The position numbers were made by a program, and so were the translations under genes. The notes beneath the pieces are model-generated. The model saw nothing but the letters and a program-made list of their open reading frames with translations, was not told the DNA's origin and made no database searches. Below, piece by piece: positions 57,250-64,000 of a stretch of 64,000 bases of DNA; position 1 is the stretch's first letter, and each line of letters begins with the position of its first letter. Source of the stretch: a bacterium (GTDB taxonomy: Bacteria; SZUA-182; DTGQ01); assembly GCA_023512255.1 (NCBI GenBank), contig JAILZY010000006.1, positions 13,585-77,584 of the forward strand, written 5' to 3'.

Positions 57250-57392
57250 GAAATGTCCGCGCCTTGTGTGAATTATCCCTATGCCGTGTCCATCTAACCC
57301 ACAGAATTACAGAAATGTCCGCTCTTTGGGTGGATTATCCCCTTAGGTTGATTATCCCATTTGAAATATCCGCACCTTGTGCTGATTGTCCA
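57250..57392. repeat. Three degenerate 30-bp direct repeats with 32- and 21-bp spacers
   Basis: GAAATGTCCGCGCCTTGTGTGAATTATCCC (57250), GAAATGTCCGCTCTTTGGGTGGATTATCCC (57312), GAAATATCCGCACCTTGTGCTGATTGTCCA (57363). Confidence 0.8.
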
Positions 57393-57519
57393 GTTTGTAT
57401 TGCCGAGGCTGGCGCCCGTGTTCTAAGCCATTATTGGCACATGGGGTTAAGTTTATAACAGAATGTCTTTTCGGTCAATTTTTGAGATTATCTTTACCAC
57501 CTCTTATTGAAAAGATATT

Positions 57520-57632
57520 CGCTCTTATTTATTAGCTACCATTGAGAGACATAACCCTAATAAGAGCTAAGCTCCTTCGAGGGTTTATAGTTGTTCTGAT
57601 ATAGGGTTTATGGTGTCTGATATATAAGAGCG
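57520..57632 (+). mobile_element. MITE copy 4 (113 bp)
   Basis: cgctcttat...ataagagcg with an exact 8-bp target duplication aagatatt (57512-57519, 57633-57640); the right junction is itself tandemly duplicated. Confidence 0.93.
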
Positions 57633-57654
57633 AAGATATTAAGAGCGAAAGATA

Positions 57655-59106
57655 TTAAGGGATTAGTCCTCCGCCGCCACCGATTCCACCCCCACCGCCG
57701 ATTCCGCCGCCGCCGCCACCCCCACCCCCGCCGCCAGGTCCTCCGGTAACAGCCACGGTTGGAGTAACCACAGGGGTAAGAGCTACAGCCGGCAAAGGAG
57801 ATGTTATCGGAAGCGCCGTACTTACCGGATTAACCGGAGGCTCAATGATAATAGAAGCAGTAGAAACCGGTGTTGCCCCGCTAAACAGATAGTCAAACAG
57901 TTTGGTATAGAAGGAGTCGCCGACACTGGTTCCTAAAAGGGGACTCAGAATTCCAGAAAGCCCCATCAGGCCCAGGCCGCCCCCTGAAAGGCCAAGCCCT
58001 CCCAGGCCGCCAAGCCCTCCATAAAGCCCCAGTCCAAGCCCCAAGCCACCAAGCCCTCCCAAGGGAGGACCAAATGTGCCCATAGCCAGCAGGGGCGCAC
58101 CAAAAAGGCCATATCCCAGACCAAACGGCCCGCCAAATAGCCCTAAGCCAAAGGGAAAAGCAGGGATATACGGCATATAGGGCATAAAAAAGGGATAGAA
58201 TCCCAGCGGATCATACCAGACCGAGGAGGAGTAGCGCCAGGCGTCAGATAATAGACCAGAGTACCAATCAGTATCATTGCCGAATCCTAGATCATTGCTA
58301 AATCCATTGCTAAATCCTGAATCCCATCCTGCTCGATTGAAAATAGGATTTATATTCAGCGCCGAAGGATAAGAGGAAGAAATATTAGAGGAAGAGGAGG
58401 ATGAGGAATGGGAAGCGGCTGTGCCTGGCGAAAGATCGCTCTTTACCTGAAGATAAGAAAAAGGGCCAGCCGCGCTATCCTGCGCCTGGACAATCTGAAA
58501 GCAATTTCGGCTATTGTTGGAAGTCCAGCCAAGATGGAAGATCGACTTGCCTTCTTCTGTCCGGGGGAAATCGATCAAAAGCTCGTCGCTGTCTGAAAAG
58601 AACCTAATCTTGCGGATATCGAATCGGCTTCCCCTAAGACTTATCCTTTTGATCGAGGAGAAGACCTGATGGGCCAATTGAAGGTCATCGGCTATGTCCC
58701 TCTGTATGGTTAACCAAGAGGTAGAGTTTGTCTTGCCGAGAGGAATCCTGAGCACTCCCCCTTGAGTAATGGTACTTTCGCCCTCTCCGGCAAAGTAATA
58801 GATCCAGACCGTTGGCTGAAGCCCGCTTTGCGTTTCTACCTCAATTGAGAAAACAAAATCATTCTCACCTCGGAGGACTATCTCAAGCTTCGGCAGACCT
58901 TTAAGTCGCTCACGGTAGGCAGCCATATCCTTGCTGACATATATTGGCTCCTGCTGTTTTGCCCGGCACACCCTGGTCAGGGGAAAAACCATCATGGTGA
59001 AGAAAAACAAAAAGATACCTAACAGTTTGAATTGAAAAAGCAGTATCCTGATAGCCGCAGCCTTAAAAAACACACGCTGTTGATTCTTGTTCATATTTAT
59101 CCTCAC
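57655..59106 (-). CDS. Secreted hypothetical protein with aromatic/Gly-rich low-complexity C-terminal half
   Basis: Hydrophobic N-terminus ending VCRA, a beta-rich domain, Ser linker, G/F/Y/L-rich tract, Pro/Thr/Val tract and poly-Gly tail; open for 483 aa. Confidence 0.7.
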   Translation of the reverse strand: MRINMNKNQQRVFFKAAAIRILLFQFKLLGIFLFFFTMMVFPLTRVCRAKQQEPIYVSKDMAAYRERLKGLPKLEIVLRGENDFVFSIEVETQSGLQPTVWIYYFAGEGESTITQGGVLRIPLGKTNSTSWLTIQRDIADDLQLAHQVFSSIKRISLRGSRFDIRKIRFFSDSDELLIDFPRTEEGKSIFHLGWTSNNSRNCFQIVQAQDSAAGPFSYLQVKSDLSPGTAASHSSSSSSSNISSSYPSALNINPIFNRAGWDSGFSNGFSNDLGFGNDTDWYSGLLSDAWRYSSSVWYDPLGFYPFFMPYMPYIPAFPFGLGLFGGPFGLGYGLFGAPLLAMGTFGPPLGGLGGLGLGLGLYGGLGGLGGLGLSGGGLGLMGLSGILSPLLGTSVGDSFYTKLFDYLFSGATPVSTASIIIEPPVNPVSTALPITSPLPAVALTPVVTPTVAVTGGPGGGGGGGGGGGIGGGGGIGGGGGLIP

Positions 59107-59374
59107 TGTTCTGCTTTAATACCTTCCTCAGAAACTGGTAGCAGGGTGATTTATGGAAATTTTCTTTTCTGACCCATCATGGAAAAGTTTGGGGAAAATA
59201 ATTTAGCGCCGGGGAAATCAGTTAGAAAACAGTTAGTTAATTAATTTTTAAAAAGTTTTTCAAAGCCCTTGAGCTAGAGGATCAACCAGAGATAGTCATA
59301 TAAATCCTTGAGCCAGAGTATCAACCCGAGATAGGTCATATGGAAAAGCCGTGTTCTCAAATCCTTATCAGTTA

Positions 59375-59383
59375 TTATCCACA
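59375..59383 (+). promoter_or_regulatory. Perfect DnaA box TTATCCACA
   Basis: Exact consensus match; function here unproven. Confidence 0.35.
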
Positions 59384-59390
59384 CCGAAAA

Positions 59391-59947
59391 TGGTCTTTTC
59401 GCTAATAAAGTGCGCAAGCTGGGCAAAGGTCCAGCACCTACAATTTATAGCGTAATTGATCCGCTGTGCACTTATAAGTATCCAACCATAATAAATTAAA
59501 CCTTTCAGTAGGATAAGCGCCTCGCTGATCAGACCCAGGCGAGACGCTTGCGCTGCCAGAGTAAGTTACAGATCTTTATGGTCGGGCACTTAGCGGATAT
59601 TTATCTGCTGCGCACTTGTGTTATGCACTTAGCTAAAGAACCACTAAATCAGCCAGAGAGATATCGTGCTTGGAAAGCGCGTGATGGAAAAGCGCTGTGT
59701 TTTGGTTTAAATTTTCGCAGGGACAGCTGGTATAAGATAGTGAAGTTTAACCTGGATATAGTGAGTTATTATATTTTTCAGCCATAACCTTTGTCAAGAA
59801 ATTTTATACTCAAATTTTCTTAATATTATCAATCTATTAACCTTGCCGGTTCTATCACCACGAGCGAGAGCAGATCAAATTAAACAGTCAACTGTAGGTG
59901 CGGCCCTTAGGTCTGCCCAAATCGCGCACTTTGTTAGCGAAAATACC
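59391..59947. repeat. Family-2 repeat segments: inverted pair 59391-59473 / 59869-59947 plus segment 59603-59647
   Basis: Shared cores gc(g/a)gatcaa(a)tta, tgtaggtgc and gcgcacttt(a/g)ttagcgaaaa; also homologous to 32476-32615. Confidence 0.7.
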
Positions 59948-60276
59948 CCTTAGATCGAAGTTTTCTCTATTACTTTCTCATTTTTCAGACAGCTTCTAAA
60001 AAATAGGATCGGAGAGAGAGATTTTCCCTTACGATCAAAAATGGGGCTGAGGGATAAACCTCTTGGTATTTTCTGTTTGGTATTCTTTGTAATTACTTAT
60101 TTTTATCTCTATTTTCATTTTTATTCCTATCTCATCCTGTGAAGTGCTATTTATATTTATTTTTTCAATATTTAATAGAATTAATCACTAACTTATCGAC
60201 ATCTTTTCCACAACTATTGTGGAAATAGCCTCTAACTTATTATCTTTTTAAAATATAATGCGGGCTTTGGCTCTAA

Positions 60277-61206
60277 TCACTCTCCTTTTTCTCCCTCCAT
60301 CAGGATAACCTGATAGGTGGCCGAAATTCCCCACTCATGGCCGAACTGCTCCTGATAGTAATTCTCCATTTCCCTAAGAATTCTTCTTCCCCCCAAGCCC
60401 GCAGATCGACTCAAGGTAGCGTTCGATGCGCCTGTAGTCTTGAGCTCCATGAGCAGGGAGCGGACAGTGGGATAGGTCCTGAGCATGGTATATTCTTTGA
60501 GTTTAAGGTTAGAAAAACCACAATTTCGCAGCATGGCCCTAAGCTCTCCTGAGCTGAGAAAGGCCTGACCATGTGATTGCCCAGCTTCCTCGCTGCTCCC
60601 CACTCGCTGGTAGGCTTGTCTGAAGGCGGCGTGCAGCTCGCTAAGGGTTCCCTGGCCGAAGGTGGAAAAGAGGAATTTTCCCCCCCATTTTAAAACCCGC
60701 CAGACCTCCCCAAAGGCCAGGTCATGATCGCTTACCCACTGATAGGTCAGATTGGAGAGCACAAGGTCAAAAACGCTCGAGCGATAGGGCAGGTTTTCCG
60801 CATCGGCCTGGAGGAGAAACAGACGGCGATTCGCTCTGGTAGAGGGTGGTGCATTTGCTTCAGCAGAGGGTGGTGCAGGGGAAAATTGGCCAGGTGAGGT
60901 CGTCGGGGAGGCGGCAGGGTAAGCAGTTGTGTAGTTGAGTTTTCGCTGAGCCTGCCTGAGCATATCGTAGGCAAGGTCGAGGCCGTGCAATTGGCTATCG
61001 GGAAAAGATGCAGCAAGGTCCAGGAGGGTGAGGCCAGTGCCTGTTCCGATATCGAGAATCCGCAACGGAACCTGGCGGGATGACAGGTGCGGCAGCAGGC
61101 AGGAGAGCAGCATCTGGCTGACCTCCCGCTGTAGGCAGGAGATATGGTCATAGATGGCGGCCGCGGCTGAAAAATTCTTCTGTACCTTCTTCTTATTGAT
61201 CCGCAT
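60277..61206 (-). CDS. bioC: Malonyl-ACP O-methyltransferase BioC
   Basis: NFSAAAAIYD, ILDIGTGTG, SNLTYQW, FSTFGQGTLSEL, SATYQV; biotin operon context. Confidence 0.92.
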   Translation of the reverse strand: MRINKKKVQKNFSAAAAIYDHISCLQREVSQMLLSCLLPHLSSRQVPLRILDIGTGTGLTLLDLAASFPDSQLHGLDLAYDMLRQAQRKLNYTTAYPAASPTTSPGQFSPAPPSAEANAPPSTRANRRLFLLQADAENLPYRSSVFDLVLSNLTYQWVSDHDLAFGEVWRVLKWGGKFLFSTFGQGTLSELHAAFRQAYQRVGSSEEAGQSHGQAFLSSGELRAMLRNCGFSNLKLKEYTMLRTYPTVRSLLMELKTTGASNATLSRSAGLGGRRILREMENYYQEQFGHEWGISATYQVILMEGEKGE

Positions 61207-62035
61207 TATTGATCCGCAGAGAATCCTTTAGCCCCAGAGAGGCTTTAGCCTCAAGATATTGAAGAAACTCTTCCAGGATTTGATTAAACTCTTCTTCCCT
61301 GGTGAGAAAAGGGATGTGTCCGCAATCTGGAAGTATTCTAAGTTGAGAGCACGGTATCTGCTGATGCAGATAATGGGCTGCGGCCACAGGGCAGAGGCGA
61401 TCTTTCTGGCCATGAATAATGAGTGCTGGCGACTTGATATAAGGTAGATGTGGCCGAAGGTCTTCATCTTCCAGGATATTCAGCCCTTCAACAAGTGCCT
61501 GATCACTGATCGGCTGATCTGTTTTGAGCAGATCCCTGATTTTTAGCACCAGGGGCTCGCTAAGCTCCTGATCGGCGAACAGGAGCTGATGAAATGAGCT
61601 GAAAGCAAAAAGCCGATCACGAAGCAGCCTGCTGCGAAGCAGACGAAGCTCTCCTCGACCGATTCCATCTGGGAAGCTGTCATCAGCTACAAACTTAGGA
61701 GTTGTGGCCACCAGAGTAATGGAATTGACAAGATCGGGAAAGCGAAAAGCAAATTTTAGGGCGATCATACCACCTAACGACCAGCCAATGAGATGCACTG
61801 CCGCAAGTGAGCGGCGGCGGCAGAGGGCAAATAATTCATCAGTCAGGTTGTTCAGGGTCAAGGGAGTTATAAAAAATGATGGCCCGCGGCAGGTTTGAAG
61901 CAGGTAGTCAGGAACCAGTACAGGCCGCCGAGTTGCAGTAAAGTAGGTAGCCTGCCTTTGCCAGATCTTAGCGGTCGATCCCCATCCGTGGAGAAAGATC
62001 AGCGGTGCAGAGCGAAAATATTTCCCTTGACTCAC
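61193..62035 (-). CDS. bioH: Pimeloyl-ACP methyl ester carboxylesterase BioH-like hydrolase
   Basis: FLHGWG, GWSLGG nucleophile elbow, IIHGQKD, GHIPF; located between bioF and bioC. GTG start follows GGGAG. Confidence 0.85.
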   Translation of the reverse strand: MSQGKYFRSAPLIFLHGWGSTAKIWQRQATYFTATRRPVLVPDYLLQTCRGPSFFITPLTLNNLTDELFALCRRRSLAAVHLIGWSLGGMIALKFAFRFPDLVNSITLVATTPKFVADDSFPDGIGRGELRLLRSRLLRDRLFAFSSFHQLLFADQELSEPLVLKIRDLLKTDQPISDQALVEGLNILEDEDLRPHLPYIKSPALIIHGQKDRLCPVAAAHYLHQQIPCSQLRILPDCGHIPFLTREEEFNQILEEFLQYLEAKASLGLKDSLRINNADQ

Positions 62036-62247
62036 ATTATCTCCCGATCGTTCACATCTGCCCACTCGCTAATGTTGGCCTCCATATCCTTCCCGCCTCA
62101 CTCACGACGTCTTTTCATCCGCACTCACGCTGGCTATTGCTATTAGACTTAAATTTTTATAATTTATTGTTATTTATAGGTTTTCATTTAAAATAAAAAA
62201 GGTAGAGTTAGGTTTACCCCCTACGTCTTTCTAACTTGCCCTGCTCC

Positions 62248-63435
62248 CTAAATCAGCCGAAGCTCCTGGCCAATCCGCTGAATCTTATCGGCGGCCTCTT
62301 CCAGATCAGCCAGGGTGTGGGTGGCTATCAGGGAAATCCGCAATCTAGCACCTCCCCTAGGGACAGCGGGAGGGCGGATAGCTGGGGCATAAATTCCAGC
62401 CTCAAGGAGCTTTTGGCTAAAGCTGAGGGCCCTTTCATTATCTCCTACCAGGATGGGGATGATATGAGTCTGGCTGTTTAGGGTATTAAAGCCTGATTCT
62501 TGGAGTTTTTGGCGAAACCAGGCCGCCTGCCTCAGTAGGGTGTCTCGAAGATCAGGGCGGTTATCGACAATATCCAGGGCCATTGAGGCCGCAGCTACGG
62601 CCGGCGGCGGCAGAGCAGTGGTAAAGATAAATGGTCGAGCCCGATTGATTAAAAAGTCAATCAGGAGGGAATCTCCAGCTACATAGGCTCCAAACGCTCC
62701 CAGAGCCTTACTGAGGGTACCCATCTGGATGTCGATCTCACCCTCAAGACCAAAAAGCTCTACGGCTCCACGGCCATGTTCTCCCAGCACTCCGGTAGCA
62801 TGGGCTTCATCCACCATGACCGAGGCCTCGAATTCTGCGGCCAGATCAACAATTTCCCGCAGCGGCGCAAGATCACCATCCATGCTAAACAGCGAATCGG
62901 TAACAATGAGCCGCTTTCCGCGGCCGCCCGAGTGGCGAGCCAGCAGGCGGCGAAGATCTTCCATATCCCGGTGATTATAGCGCACCAGCTTAGCCCGGCT
63001 CAACAGAACACCATCGACAATGCTGGCATGATTGAGGCGGTCGGAAAAAACCAGATCCTCCCGCTGACAAAGAGCACTTATAAGCCCACAGTTGGCCATA
63101 TAGCCGCAGTTGAAGACCAGGGCTGATTCGGTTTTTTTAAAATTAGCCAGTTTTTTTTCAAGTTCCTCGTGAGGAGGAAAATTCCCACCCACTAGCCGCG
63201 AGGCCCCAGCTCCTATGCCGAAACCGCTGAGCGCCTGAGCTGCCGCCTGCTTCAAAAAGCCTGATGAGGCCAGCCCCAGGTAGTTATTGGAAGAAAAATT
63301 GATCACCTCTCTCCCTTGCAGAAACACTCTAGCCCCTGCGGCACTATCAACCAGTTTCATCTGGCGGTAGCACCCTGCCTCCTTCAGATCGACGATTTGC
63401 CGGTGAAGAAATTTTCTCAAGGGTTCCCGGAGCAT
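62248..63435 (-). CDS. bioF: 8-amino-7-oxononanoate synthase
   Basis: FSSNNYLGL, GAGASRL, DRLNHASIVDG, FSMDGD, VDEAHA, GTLSKA. Confidence 0.96.
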   Translation of the reverse strand: MLREPLRKFLHRQIVDLKEAGCYRQMKLVDSAAGARVFLQGREVINFSSNNYLGLASSGFLKQAAAQALSGFGIGAGASRLVGGNFPPHEELEKKLANFKKTESALVFNCGYMANCGLISALCQREDLVFSDRLNHASIVDGVLLSRAKLVRYNHRDMEDLRRLLARHSGGRGKRLIVTDSLFSMDGDLAPLREIVDLAAEFEASVMVDEAHATGVLGEHGRGAVELFGLEGEIDIQMGTLSKALGAFGAYVAGDSLLIDFLINRARPFIFTTALPPPAVAAASMALDIVDNRPDLRDTLLRQAAWFRQKLQESGFNTLNSQTHIIPILVGDNERALSFSQKLLEAGIYAPAIRPPAVPRGGARLRISLIATHTLADLEEAADKIQRIGQELRLI

Positions 63436-63448
63436 GGCTAAGATTTCA

Positions 63449-64000
63449 TTATTCTTGAGAAGGGTAGCTGTCTAGGTCGATCTTGCTTGAGAAGGTAAAC
63501 CCAAGATCCTGAATCATTCTCTGATCATCTTCCCACCGGCCGCCTTTAGTGGTCAGGAAATTACCCACCATCAGCCCGCTGGCGCCGGCCAAAAAGATCC
63601 ACGATTGTAGACTGCGCAAGGTAACTTGACGGCCGCCGCAAACCTGAATACTCACCTTGGGCATGATCAGCCGAAAAAAAGCCACCGACCTCAAAGCTTC
63701 AAGAGGAGACATAAGCGCTCGGTCCTGATAGCGGGTTCCAGCAATTGGATGGAGAAAATTCACCGGCACCGAGTCAACAGCCAAATCTCGCAGGCAGAAG
63801 GCTAGCTCAAGCCTCTGGCGCCTGCTCTCCCCTAAGCCGATAATTCCTCCGCTACAGACCGAAAGGCCAACTGCCTTAGCGGCCTCGATCGTCTGCTTCC
63901 GCTCCTCGAAGGTATGGGTGGTGCAAACCTGGGGAAAGAAACTTTCGGCTGTCTCAAGGTTGTGGTGATAGCGCTTCAATCCAGCAGCTTTGAGACTGGA
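63449..64000 (-). CDS. bioB: Biotin synthase BioB, C-terminal part (5' end lies outside the window)
   Basis: Frame is open to the window edge; RYHHNLET, VCSGGIIGLGE, SVPVNFL, GNFLTT. Confidence 0.95.
   Translation of the reverse strand, partial: SSLKAAGLKRYHHNLETAESFFPQVCTTHTFEERKQTIEAAKAVGLSVCSGGIIGLGESRRQRLELAFCLRDLAVDSVPVNFLHPIAGTRYQDRALMSPLEALRSVAFFRLIMPKVSIQVCGGRQVTLRSLQSWIFLAGASGLMVGNFLTTKGGRWEDDQRMIQDLGFTFSSKIDLDSYPSQE

Noticed and set aside
59107-60276. Firm call of oriC
   Set aside because: Only one perfect DnaA box, and no dnaA/dnaN/gidA nearby; kept only as a low-confidence hypothesis.
1-64000. Autonomous transposase, integrase, tRNA or rRNA genes
   Set aside because: No DDE, tyrosine/serine recombinase or HUH motifs in the ORF track, and no tRNA or rRNA signatures seen by eye.

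Overview
Bacterial chromosomal window. The gene content is deltaproteobacteria-like (inference; the taxon is not determinable here). From left to right: (1) the 5'-truncated last gene of a type III-D CRISPR-Cas operon (Csx10-like RAMP), with no array in the window; (2) on the minus strand, trkA-trkA-trkH, an OB-fold membrane protein and a divergent MEMO1-family gene; (3) a fused bioD-bioA gene; (4) cheY, cheX, a PilZ flagellar-brake protein and a sigma-54 response regulator; (5) a ferredoxin-NADP+ reductase and a 1956-aa secreted repeat protein; (6) a 33-kb flagellar basal-body/export/motor/hook cluster (20.8-53.9 kb) that lacks filament genes; (7) an FxLYD lipoprotein, an ABC-2 exporter and a Gly-rich secreted protein; (8) a repeat-rich 1.17-kb intergenic region; and (9) bioB(partial)-bioF-bioH-bioC. 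The most notable unexplained structures are: two tandem MotB paralogues with complementary loss of function (one lacks the ion-binding Asp, the other has a degenerate peptidoglycan-binding motif); a four-copy MITE with CGCTCTT ends and 8-bp target duplications (IS1595/ISH4 signature); a second degenerate interspersed repeat family; three regularly spaced 30-bp repeats upstream of the ABC exporter; a 92-bp gene-end duplication at the cas boundary; and pervasive short tandem duplications. No rRNA, tRNA, CRISPR array or transposase was found by eye.
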